A DNA stretch of 64,000 nt from contig OX638154.1 in the NCBI GenBank assembly GCA_951804945.1, positions 63,178,001-63,242,000 on the forward strand. The letters run 5' to 3'. A program made the position numbers and the translations under genes. This stretch comes from Podarcis cretensis. Lineage: Eukaryota. The notes under the pieces were generated by a model. That model was not told the DNA's origin, made no database searches, and saw only the letters and a list, made by a program, of their open reading frames with translations. Positions 46,101 to 56,049 of this stretch are shown piece by piece; position 1 is the first letter of the stretch; every line of letters begins with the position of its first letter.

Positions 46101-48945
46101 CATGCGCTGGCCCTGCGAGCAGCACTGAACCAGCAGCGTGCCTGAGCCCTTGTGTCTCTCCTGGGAGTGGCTCGGGCAGCTACAGACCCCGTGTTGCCCA
46201 AAAAAGCAGTGTGGGGCCGGCCTCTGCCCACCACTTGCCCCTCAGCCGACCTCCAGCTGGGGGGGAAGGCAGCGGGCAGACTCCGTGCAGGCTCTGCGCT
46301 GCTTAAAAAAGCAAAGCAGGCCCACAGGGCGCCCAAACGGAACACGGCAGCTCGGGCACTGGGACTCTGGCAGCGCGCCCTGGCCTGCCAACAGTTTGCC
46401 ATGCCCCCCAGGCGCAGAACGCATGTGCCGCCCCAGGTGCCCAAGCGGCTAGCTATGCCACTGCTTGATTCTCCTCAGTGAGCAAAAGTAAGCAAAACTA
46501 GTCAGAGGAGAATTGTTGAAGAGGTTTGTCAAGGCTGCAGAAAAGTTGGACTTTACCATAAAGATCCAAATTCATATTCGTGGGTGGGTGGGTGGAAGGA
46601 CTCAGAATTACCGAGCAAGACATAAATTACTAAATCAAGAATTTGACTTGGTCAATAACCAGAAAAATTCTGCAGTAAGTAGGAGAGAATGTTCAACTAA
46701 CCATTTGATAGACCATTTCCATGCTCTTGTACATTATTGCTCCTGGGAGTTGAAAAAGGACTGATTGGGCACGTTCCTGTTGTTGGTGAATAAGACTTGA
46801 GATTCTTCTTACTCCTTGGCAATGGTGTTGCAGACACCTAAAGAATAATAAATAATGGTAACAAAACAACCTGTACAGGATTATTATGCAGTGTAAAGCA
46901 CATTCATGTTTTCCTTTTCAACCTTGACAATATCCAATTCTGCCTTTATATTTCTAGTCAAGGCAGGCTATAGAATTCTCCTATAACAGATGTGGGGAAT
47001 CATGCCTCTCTCGGTGCATTTTTAGGTATCCCACACACTTTAACACTTCAAAGCTCAAGTTCCTAGAACAAACTATGTTTCTAGTCCTTGTGCTGGTAAC
47101 ATGAGTCTCACGTTTAGTCCTTTATGCAAACAAAAAAGAATCAAATGATTTTCAAGCCCACCCATCTATTCCAAGGGACTAACACAAGATGTTAATTTTT
47201 TGTTTAACAATTCCTAATGAAGGAAAATAGCTACAACACTCAGGGCCATCTATCACATTAGTGGAAAGAACAATCAAATTAAATGAGCAAACTACCTCTC
47301 ATGTTCCAACTGAAATGGTCTTTTAGAAAGGTGACTCTGAAAGGTGAAGCTATATAAATAGCACAAAACTTGCCTTATAGCAGGGATGAGAGAACTATGG
47401 CCTTCCAGATGTTGCTGAACTCCAACTCCCATCAGCCTAAGTGCAAATGGCCAATGGTCAATAATTAAATAAGTTGTGATCCAAGAACATCTGGAAGACC
47501 ACAGGTTCCCCATCCTTGCCCTACAGTAAAACACTGTTGCTCCTTAATACTCCGGAACTATGACTGTAAATGCTCGGCGATTCCAAATTTTGAGAGCGGG
47601 TGGCGCTGTGGTCTAAACCGCCGAGTCTCTTGGGCTTGCTGATCAGAAGGTTGCTGGTTTGAATCCACGTGACGGGGTGAGCTCCTGTTGCTCTGTCCCA
47701 GCTTCTGCCAACCTAGCAGTTCGAAAGCATGCCAGTGCAAGTAGGTAAATAGGTACCGCTGCGGCGGAAAGGTAAACAGTGTTTCCATGTGCTCTGGCTT
47801 CCATCACAGTGTTCTGTTGAGCCAGAAGCGGTTTAATAATGCTGGCCACATGACCCAGAAAGTTGTCTGTGGACAAACGCCGGCTCCCTCAGCCTGAAGC
47901 AAGATGAGTGCCGCACTTCATAGTCGCCTTTGACTGAACTTAACCATCCAAGGCTCCTTGACCTTTACATGTTTTGTATAAATACTAGGTTTGGTGTGAA
48001 AATATTAGTGGATTAGCCTACCAATCCTCAACTTATGACACAGCAACCTCGTATTTAAACCACTAGCCTAGAAGTAATAGGCAGGAAGAAACTGCATGTA
48101 GACAAGTGAGCAGGCTGGTGAAAAAAGGATGAAGAGCTTCATCACTCCCTCTGCGCTGAGCACAGATGCCAAGTGGACTGCCAGAGAAGGAAATCCCCTC
48201 TTTCATGACTAGCACAGGGCTACTGCAAGAAGGGAAGAGCTTGCCTTCCTTCCTCTGCCAACCCCCAGTAGACTAATAAACTTTTTCCTTTTTTTCTTTT
48301 TTTCTGCAAACTAGTGACTTCTGTGGTCTCATTTATAAGGCTGCAATATAGCCATATTCTGCTGAATTGCTTGTGGCCTATTTGGGTGACTCCATAGATG
48401 TAGGCCTAATGTAAACATCACCCATGCAGTGGATCCTACGTCACATCAGCAAAATCTGAATGAAAGATTCACTTGGGAACTAGCCACTTTAAGCCCCATG
48501 AGTCACCAGAGGGGTGCAGCACTGGCATGGCTCTTCCCAAATGACCCACTCATCAGAAGAATCCCTGCCAACAGTATGGCACGAGATGCAGAAAATGTGC
48601 TGCACCTGGAGTAAGTTAAAAATATATATTTAAGTATTTTGCAGACTGATAGATTGGTGTTATTTATATCCCGATTCTAAAACAAATCTTCCAAAGCAAA
48701 CTTGAGTTAAAAGAAATATACTATTAGCAACAAGACAATCAGGTAAAACACTAAAAATACACTGATCAGACAGCTGTAAAATCACAAGTTCAGGTATACT
48801 GGAGTACTGTTTGCACAGGACTATGGAGTTGGGAGTACCTGGGAGCCTTACCATGGAAGCTTGCCTGAAGCCATCTTTGGGATCTTTTCAACATCAGGTA
48901 CTTATGTAGTGTGGACCCTTCAATTTTAAGCCTGTGTCTTCATTT

Positions 48946-48990
<45 letters not shown>

Positions 48991-51900
48991 TGAGTTTTGA
49001 TTTTGTAATATTTTTTACTTTATGGTTTTATGTTGTATTTAAATTGTTGTTAGGGATTTTACTTATTTATTGTAACCCAGCCCAAAAAGTTTATTGTTAT
49101 GTGGCAGCATACAGATGCCATAAGTAAATAAACCAAAGGAATAATTAAGGTGTAATCCTACACTCATTTGCTTGGAAGGAGACCTCATTGAACCAAGTAT
49201 GACTGTCTTCTGAGTAAACACGCAGAGTTAGGAAAAGTAAAAAGTGACAATTAACATTTCTCAGTGCAGGAAGGACTAACGTATGGCTCTCTAGATGTTA
49301 TTGGCTTCCAACTCCCTTCACTTCTGACCCCTGGCTATGCTGACTGGGGCTTATGGGAGTTGTAGTCCAACATCTGGAGAGCTGCAGAATAGCCACCTTT
49401 GTTTCAACTGGAAATGACTGATAGTAAACTCCTATGCGTGTTTCTGAAACATATAATAAACCATTTTCTCCCTTTCCTCTTTCTTTTTCACATAACTATT
49501 TCAATTATCTTAAAACTCTGGATATGGATACAACATTTATACTAGCAATAATAATAATAATAATTCTGCTTCATAGACAGCTTTAGAAATTAATTCCATC
49601 ACTGAATTTTGGAAAACCTGAAACCTCAAGCTTTCAATGAAGAAATTTTGACACTAGAAACTTCCTAAATAGTTATTCTCAACACAGACATTTTTTCCCC
49701 TTTTAATTTCCATTTCAGAAGGAAAAATAGCTTTAGGGTGGAACAGAATCATTTCAAGCTGGACTGCTCGCCTCCAAAAATGCTACTCAAACCAAGGAAG
49801 CAGATGCAAAATTACAGTCACAGCTGTATTCAGAGCACAACAAGGTGGATAATGGAAAACTAAATTGCTAATTAAATTGCTAATGATTTTTGTTAGTGCC
49901 CCTGCTGTATTTTGTCACCTTTGTTTAAATACAAAAAGTATACAGAAGATTTTTAACACTGCCAAGTTTCCAATTTTGCTAAGTACCACTGAGACCTCTG
50001 AAGACTACCATCTATAAAGAAACTGTTGGTATGTAGAAACAAAACAGGAGGCTCATTTTATTTACCAAACATTTAGGTATACATTTCCCCCCACCAATTT
50101 TGCCTCCTTAAAGGCTACCTGCCCAATGAACTCCTCTGCATTATTGTTCATAGCAACGCCCACAGTTGGTATTGGAAGATAATAAACTGGCATATGTCGT
50201 GACATGATGGCACTGGAAAAACGGAATGGCCACATTTTATCAGAGAGAGAGATGGGGTGGGGGTGGGGGACAGCAACAGTACAATTTTATTTTTATTGTG
50301 ATAACTGTAGGGGAAATTTATTGCAGTGTTAGTACTTTATCGTTTCATTATGTTAGATTAGCTGAGAGAGGTAATTATATTCTCAACATAAAAATGTCTT
50401 TAATGTTTTCATTTCAATTTTGCAGTTTATAATATGCAGATTACGGCATTATCATAATCCCATATTGTTATATGTACAGAGAGATGGCACTGCATTTTTT
50501 TCACAAATTACGGAACTAATTTCTAATAAATGATTTCACAATGGTCCCTAACTCATTTGAGAGAGGCGTGTACATAATAAAAAACAACCACTGCAGTCTC
50601 CTCAGTTATAGCCAATTGCTTCATGTAGGCAAAGTCCGAATATTATATAAGAATAGTTTTTCTCCCAAAGACGTCTGGCAGTCAATTCTTTTCCATATTC
50701 AGGAATGCTTTACTGCAGATTGCCAAGTAATTTATGACAGTCTCACTGAACTGCTGATCATTTATGTATATCCTAGAAAATAATTTAATCATAGTGGGCG
50801 CCACACACACACACAAACACACACTTACTTTTCCCATGGCAAGGCTTTCCAACTTCAGAGCTTTCTTAGCACTAGAAAAGAAAGGGGGGGAGCAAGTTTT
50901 ATCATATTTCAAAAGCAAAGTTTATACTGATAACCTTATCAGTGGTTATCAGACCACATATAGCATTTTTTACACTAGTAAAACTAACCTCATACATGGC
51001 ATATAGTTTTTGAATACGCTTTGAAAATTTGATCCTATCCTGATTGCCCCCCCCAACCTGTCCACTATCCCAATGTCACACTACCAAAAAAATAACAACA
51101 AAAATTGCTTTTTATATAAAACTGATAAAGAATGAGATTATACGGACGTGCATAACAACTTACCTTCTGTGTAGGTGTTGCAATTATTTTGCTGTTCACA
51201 GAAATAATGTACTAGGCATTTAACCACCAGTACATTCAAGGTGAAAAAAGTAGTTCTTCTCATCATTTTAGCTCTTAACATGATTCAATGCTACTAGACT
51301 TTGACTTAACTAGGGAACAGATGCTCTATGTCTTTACAGGTCCCTAAACCATACGAAACTATTTTCTCGTGTTCTTCACTATACTGATTCAGGAACACGC
51401 CAAGCTTTCTCTGTAAAATCTGTTCTGCTGAACTGGATGCCCAGCTGTTAATGGCAACACTAGGAATGGAAAGCTGAATATTTATAATACTTTACATCGT
51501 ACAGCTGTCTTCTAAAGAGCAGTCATCAAAATTTTATTGAATGCAGACTAAATACTCAAAGGAAGGAAAGGTCAACATAAATTAAGACTATTTTTTCCCA
51601 GAGACAACTCCAACTTTTAAAGTACATTCTTAAATCTTAAACAACAGTTAAAGGCCTTTTTATATAAAGCAACTAAAAACCCTTAAAATCATCCAATAAA
51701 AGCTTCAGAAGATTATTTTAGATTAAACAAGGTTTGCAGAAACATTTCATTTCAGAATAGAAAGGCGCAGGCACCATATTAGGAATAGGGCATTTTGATT
51801 TAGTAACCAAGATCTCAATGCTAAAAATGCTCATAAGGTTTAACAAAGCCCAGATTCTGCAAGCATAAATGGCTTGGCATTCCAGCAGGGCCACAGTCTG

Positions 51901-54900
51901 AAATGATTTCACTCAAAGCATTTTTGTAACCTTGTCATTCTTCAAGGTGAACCATAGAAAGAAAGTTTAAAAGCATATTTGAAACATGACTGTACTATGC
52001 TAGTTCCAGTTTAACATCTTATGTTGAAAATAGATCACTGAAAAACATTTTTGTCTTAAAAAGCAGACTAACTATACTGTGCAAGATTTACATTTTTTAT
52101 ATTAAAAAGCCATCCACATTCTTGCCAAAGGACAGTCAAAGCTGAAACAGTTTGACAAAAATTCTTAACATCATGTTTCTTTTTAAATATAGTGCCTCAT
52201 ATTGCTTAAGGAATGTAGACTCCATTACATCTTCCACCCCAGTGGCAGCAGAGAAACATTTTATACGCTAATACATTCACTCTGCAAAGGTGCTCTAGGG
52301 GACCATGTATTTGCATGCTATACTAAGGCATGCTATGATGGAAGTTTTTATGACGGACTTCAGAGGAAGCTGGAAGCCAAAGTACAGCTGAATCTGGACT
52401 CAAGGTAGCTTTATGATTAGGATAAATGAAAAACTACATGAAAATCACATTAAATTATAGCAACCTGGTAAAAAAAGAGTTGACAAAAAAAAGTAGCAGA
52501 ATGGTCAAGCACTATGCTATTTAAAATCTTCCAGTGACTTTGGCTGGTAGTAGTTATAGGCCTGGTTTGGACATCACACAATGCATGGGCTCCTGGAGAG
52601 GAGATTACAGCCATTTTACTGCTGTGCCATGCTGGGCTAAACCATGGTTTGGTTTAGCATGTAGGCTCATGATTTAGCTCTCTGCAGATTAACCATGAGC
52701 GATAATCAAAATTTGTCCTGTGGTTCATAGCTTAGGGTTTGTCTGGGAAAGCTGAACCACAAGCTTGGGTTGGACAACCTGGAAGTAAAACAGTGACGTT
52801 GCACAGCAGCTAAACAATGGGGGGGGGTGGGCAAAGCAGCAGGAACTCAGCAAAAAGGATGGGGAGAAAACTAGAATTAGTAGGCACTACTTGCCATTAG
52901 CTCTGGCTCCACCTACTGGTGGCCTCCTTGCCTTCCACCCTACAAGTCCACACAGGCACCAACTACCACTGTGCGCAACATAAATGCTTGCCTCCCCAAT
53001 GAACTAACAGTAATAGAGGCAGGTAGGAGCACTAGTGCCAATTTAAAGGGCAGGAAATTCATTCAAGGTTCCCCTATGAAAAAAAGTCGTATTAGAAGAA
53101 TTTGTTTATTTCACATCACTGTTTATACCTCATAGGATTTAAGTATCAGAAAATAAATTATATTTAAGATGGACTAGTCTGTCATTCAAACTAATTCAAA
53201 CTAGACTGCCACAGTTTAACAAAGGAAATGCATGAAAATGTGAATTCTAGTCATCATTGACTCTGGGTTGGACAGAGACTAACAATGCAGTCCTATGCAT
53301 ATCTAGGCATGAATCAGTCCTACTGAGTTCAATGAGATGTATTCACAAATAAACACAGTATATGTGTAGGACTGCATACAAAGTTGTTTAACTTAGGAGT
53401 CCAGGAAGAGCAACAGCTAAATGCTTCTGTTTACCAGGTCCATGGAACGGTATGGCGGGTGAACCTTTGGGGAAATGTCTTTGTCCTTCCATCCCGTCTA
53501 TCCATTCATAAGTTATAAGCCTATACTATACCCTGAAGAGGTTATGACCAACTTTTCTATCAGCAGTAATCTCCACGATTGTACTCAAAAGATAGCATGC
53601 CTTAAATGTCTATTGACCCCTCCATATGCACTATTCCACCTATTCCTATCATCTTAAGGTGGCTTGCTTCAGAGGAACATACGCAGCTGCCTTATTCTGA
53701 TTCATTGGAGACAATGGAAGGGCAGATAATAAAGGTATACAATGCCACCCCAGCCCCCATAATCAGGAACAGTTAGGATGTAGCCTACCTCACACAAGCT
53801 ATGCACAACTGTATCTGTCCAGTTAGAAACATAGAACTGTAGAGTTGGAAGGGACGCTCCGGGTCATCTAGTACAACCCCCTGCAATGCAGGAATCCTGC
53901 CCACAGCTGTCCCTGGGTGGGCCTTAACCACCAACCTTCTGGTTAACAGCCAGATGCACTGACCCATTGTGCCACAGGCTCCCTGAATTGTTCTGTCTGG
54001 CTACAAGCTTGTCAGAACAGGGACCTTTCTTTCTAGCTCTATATAGAACGCCTGGTGATACATGTATCAATAATAAACAAACAAACAAAACTAATGTATG
54101 AGAGAAACACATTTAGGTACAGCTTCAACGAACACTAATACACAACAAAATATAAAGTTTGGGGGGTGTACTTGGAAAATAGATGGAACAGCAGGATTTT
54201 TATTACATTCTCTTAATTCTGTATTTTCATACACTTGTGTTTAATGTCTTGGGCAATGCTGCAGATCTAAACCCACTTAAGGATAAGTCTCATTAAACTC
54301 AAAGCACAATCCTAACCACATCTAGACTGGAGTAAGTCAGACTGTATTCAATGGGGCTAACTCCCAGGAAAGTGAGATCAGGACTGTATCCTTAGTGGGA
54401 TTTTCAACTGAGCAAACATACTTAAAATGGCTTTGTGCCTGGAAAGCATATCTTTTCACCCATTCTGTAGCAAGCAATCCCACACACTGTTGGGTCTGAC
54501 TAAGCTTTGTATTGGTAAGCAGAAAACACTCTACATATGCTCAGAGCAGGGGCGCTGCATCCTGTTTCACCACTTGAGGAGAAATGAGAAGTGATGCCTT
54601 GCCCTGCCACTGCTGTCACTCCCACCTACCTGCTCCTGCCATTGCCACCCGTTCTGCTGCGAGCTTTGTCACATCTGTCACTGATAGAGAAGTGGCACCA
54701 CCATCAGCGCAGACACTGGTCAAGATCTCGCCAATTTGGGGCGAGATGGACATGATCTTGCCCCCAATCGGCACCAATGGTGGCGATAGGGCACCAGGGT
54801 GTGTGTTCTGCCACCTGAGGCAGTGGCTTCACCCTGCCTAATGACGGGGCTGGCTCTGGCTCGGACGCACATCTGCCATCTCTGTTTCTTCCTAAGGTTC

Positions 54901-55864
54901 CCTTCCATGGGTCCTTTTTATTGAGCATGCACAATAAGATGGCAGTTTGTGGGGGCAGCAGTCACACCGCTTCATTCCCAACCCGTGCATATCCCGCTGT
55001 AAACAACCAGCAGCTGAAATCGCACAGCTTTTCACACCACAACGGTTCCTGCTTATATTTCTGTCCTGCTTTTGATGTGCTCAGAGACATCAAAAGGGAT
55101 ATATATTATCGTAGCCTAATTGGAGAAGCACCACAAAAGAAACCGAAGCACTACTAACGTACTCCCACTGCGTCAAGAACTTGTTGGAATAGTAGATTAA
55201 GACCCGTACAAGGAGGCCCTCAGCCTTGAATAATAAAATAATAATATATTACAGTGGTACCTTGGGTTAAGTACTTAATTCGCTCCGGAGGTCCATTCTT
55301 AACCTGAAACTGTTCTTAACCTGAAGCACCACTTTAGCTAATGGGGCCTCCTGCTGCTGCCGCGCCGCCGGAGCACGATTTCTGTTCTCATCCTGAAGCG
55401 AAGTTCTTAACCCGAGGTACTATTTCTGAGTTAGCGGAGTCTGTAACCTGAAATATATGTAACCTGAAGCGTATGTAACCCGAGGTACCACTGTATTTAT
55501 ACCCCGGCCATAGCTGTCAACTTTTCCCTTTTCTTGCGAGGAATCCTATTCGGAATAAGGGAATTTCCCTTAAAAAAAGCGAAACATTGACACCTATGTA
55601 CCCCCGCCCACTCTGGGCAGTTCCCAACAGAATATTAATAATAAGAAGAAAAAGCGACTAAACATCAAACATTAAAAACTTCCCTAAACCGGTACTGTAT
55701 ACAAAAAACCTGCATAGGGCTAAACTCTAGTTCTCTCCAGTTGAAATGAAATTCACATAAGGAAGGGAAGGGCTGTGTGTTGAGGGGGATGAAATGCCCC
55801 GTGGGCCCACCAGGTCCTGTCCGTCTATCCAGCTACCCCTCACCCCGCCCGCGACTCACGGCAT
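29629..55864 (-). CDS. ITGB3BP: Centromere protein R / integrin beta-3-binding protein (NRIF3), complete, 179 aa; complement(join(29629..29681,38605..38658,39866..39959,41156..41234,42345..42420,46702..46837,50829..50871,55860..55864))
   Basis: Spliced translation MPAKKALKLESLAMGKVSATPLPRSKKNLKSYSPTTGTCPISPFSTPRSNNVQEHGNGLSNGNREKRSNLLIRSPRRGHPEMEDYEKLLILQSEVEDSVARFMKIRQNLTNLQALEGTRELENIIGVSETAGNLKSEVSKTRKLIKQAGKLLRRTNARQPAQDYLQPANSFEYLKSLIN*. Contains CENP-R motifs YSPTTGTC and LQALEG.RELEN.IG; all introns GT-AG with matching phases; position between ALG6 and EFCAB7 matches known synteny. Confidence 0.93.
30292..30803 (+). mobile_element. 5'-truncated RTE-BovB LINE (RT C-terminus and 3' end)
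   Basis: Frameshifted LDSILKSRDITLPTK..VKAMVFPVV.YGSESWTIKKA / RVPWTARRSN / LKLRLQYFGHLMRR..SLEKTLMLGKIEG; 11-bp TSD atccctggaga at 30281..30291 and 30804..30814. Confidence 0.95.
30861..32311. other. Assembly gaps (N runs 30861..30997, 31788..32119, 32140..32311) in ITGB3BP intron 7
   Basis: N characters. Confidence 0.99.
31187..31354 (-). mobile_element. Squam3-like SINE
   Basis: On the minus strand gggctgtagctcagtggtaagag...tagatggaccaacggtctgacttggtataagg. Confidence 0.7.
35194..35545. mobile_element. Non-autonomous hAT element
   Basis: TIRs CAGGGCTGGCCCA / TGGGCCGGCCCTG; 8-bp TSD gagagagg/gagagggg. Confidence 0.75.
38040..38345 (+). mobile_element. Degenerate L2 3' end
   Basis: AFSAIVPFIWNHFP and FRHLFKPHLFNQ remnants, T-rich UTR, aaataaat tail. 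Confidence 0.6.
38605..38658 (-). CDS. ITGB3BP: ITGB3BP exon 7 (IKQAGKLLRRTNARQPAQ), 54 nt
   Basis: tttattcctcag / gtaact; phase 1-1. Confidence 0.85.
39125..39468 (-). mobile_element. CR1 LINE reverse transcriptase fragment
   Basis: ORF 39175..39399: FFDGITSLVDQGNAVDVAYLDFNKAFDKV...CGLDEVSVRWICSWL, typical CR1 RT. Confidence 0.9.
39866..39959 (-). CDS. ITGB3BP: ITGB3BP exon 6 (ALEGTRELENIIGVSETAGNLKSEVSKTRKL), 94 nt
   Basis: ttttttcag / gtaaga; overlaps ORF 39846..40040. Confidence 0.96.
41052..41127. repeat. (AAAG)n microsatellite
   Basis: Directly visible; about 30 nt from the ITGB3BP exon 5 donor. Confidence 0.95.
41156..41234 (-). CDS. ITGB3BP: ITGB3BP exon 5 (LLILQSEVEDSVARFMKIRQNLTNLQ), 79 nt
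   Basis: ctctttccttaag / gtctgt; coiled-coil segment. Confidence 0.92.
41613..41737. mobile_element. Palindromic hAT-type MITE, same family as 27225..27360
   Basis: ggactacaactcccatcat..gatgatggggattgtagtcc; TSD ctttagga/ctttcgga. Confidence 0.75.
42345..42420 (-). CDS. ITGB3BP: ITGB3BP exon 4 (GNREKRSNLLIRSPRRGHPEMEDYEK), 76 nt
   Basis: cttattcctag / gtaatg; phase 1 in, phase 2 out as required. Confidence 0.82.
43158..43184. repeat. (TA)n microsatellite
   Basis: Directly visible. Confidence 0.9.
44310..44620 (+). mobile_element. CR1-type LINE 3' end
   Basis: LWN.L and FKKG remnants; terminal ccactggtctgatcca..gggctcttcttattttcttatg. Confidence 0.6.
45106..45290 (+). mobile_element. Squam3-like SINE
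   Basis: ggctcagtgttagagcat..gcagaaggtcccaggttcaatcc..tgccagtcagtgtag. Confidence 0.75.
45471..46463. mobile_element. GC-rich non-autonomous hAT element interrupted by an L2 insertion
   Basis: TIRs CAGTTGTGTAGCT / AGCTATGCCACTG; 8-bp TSD cctgattc/cttgattc. Confidence 0.75.
45503..45922 (+). mobile_element. Young 5'-truncated L2 LINE with (TTA)n tail
   Basis: Open frame PVRFQAQFKVLVLTFKALNGLGPVYLKERL...RAFSVVAPTLWNTLP...FRRHLKAALFREVFND*. Confidence 0.92.
46702..46837 (-). CDS. ITGB3BP: ITGB3BP exon 3 (VSATPLPRSKKNLKSYSPTTGTCPISPF...NGLSN), 136 nt
   Basis: ttctttag / gttagt; YSPTTGTC motif. Confidence 0.96.
47592..47968 (+). mobile_element. Sauria SINE, full length
   Basis: gcgggtggcgctgtggtctaaacc..gccaacctagcagttcgaaagc..acctttac. 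Confidence 0.9.
48947..48988. repeat. (GT)n microsatellite
   Basis: Directly visible. Confidence 0.95.
50829..50871 (-). CDS. ITGB3BP: ITGB3BP exon 2 (AKKALKLESLAMGK), 43 nt
   Basis: ctttcttttctag / gtaagt; resembles the VKRSLKLD N-terminus. Confidence 0.9.
53823..53981 (-). mobile_element. tRNA-Asn-headed SINE with CR1 3' tail
   Basis: Minus strand gtggcacaatgggtcagtgcatctggctGTTaaccagaaggttggtggttaaggcccacccagggac (tRNA-Asn-like), then the CR1 end gtcccttccaactctacagttctatg. Confidence 0.8.
55252..55493. mobile_element. Tc1/mariner MITE
   Basis: TIRs CAGTGGTACCT(T/C)GGGTTA, TA TSD, internal taacctgaa repeats. Confidence 0.9.
55509..55598. mobile_element. About 90-bp palindromic MITE
   Basis: TIRs CATAGCTGTCAA / TTGACACCTATG; approximate TSD tacccc(g)c. 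Confidence 0.65.
55860..55864 (-). CDS. ITGB3BP: ITGB3BP exon 1 coding part (ATGCC)
   Basis: ccggacATGCC|gtgagt at the edge of the CpG island; phase 2 matches exon 2. Confidence 0.85.
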
Positions 55865-55919
55865 GTCCGGCGCCCGACGCGCTTCTTCGCCTTCCCCGCC
55901 CTCGACGCCGAAACTGAGA

Positions 55920-55927
55920 TTCCCGCC
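55920..55927 (-). promoter_or_regulatory. E2F-type site GGCGGGAA
   Basis: TTCCCGCC on the + strand, about 56 nt upstream of the CENP-R ATG. Confidence 0.4.
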
Positions 55928-56036
55928 GTGCAGCTCTCAAAGCGCTCCGGGTAGAAACACGGCCAGTCTGCGTGGAAGAGGAAGGCGGGCCCTGGAAGCT
56001 CCGGGTCTCGGCCCGGCCTGGCAAAGGCAGACGCGG

Positions 56037-56049
56037 GTTACTAGGCGAC
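56037..56049. promoter_or_regulatory. RFX X-box motif GTTACTAGGCGAC
   Basis: Near-palindromic match to the RFX consensus GTTRCYANGGNAAC in the promoter of the ciliary gene EFCAB7. Confidence 0.6.

Noticed and set aside
45457-46481. Longest ORFs in the track (222, 126 and 109 aa)
   Set aside because: Antisense or GC-rich readthrough of the L2 and hAT elements; the poly-Ile run is the TTA tail.
47296-47336. Alternative candidate for ITGB3BP exon 2
   Set aside because: 41 nt, wrong phase; 50829..50871 fits in length, phase and sequence.
53908-53981. Functional tRNA-Asn gene
   Set aside because: T-loop/B-box is mutated (GGTTAAG instead of GGTTCGA) and it is fused to a CR1 tail, so it is a SINE head.
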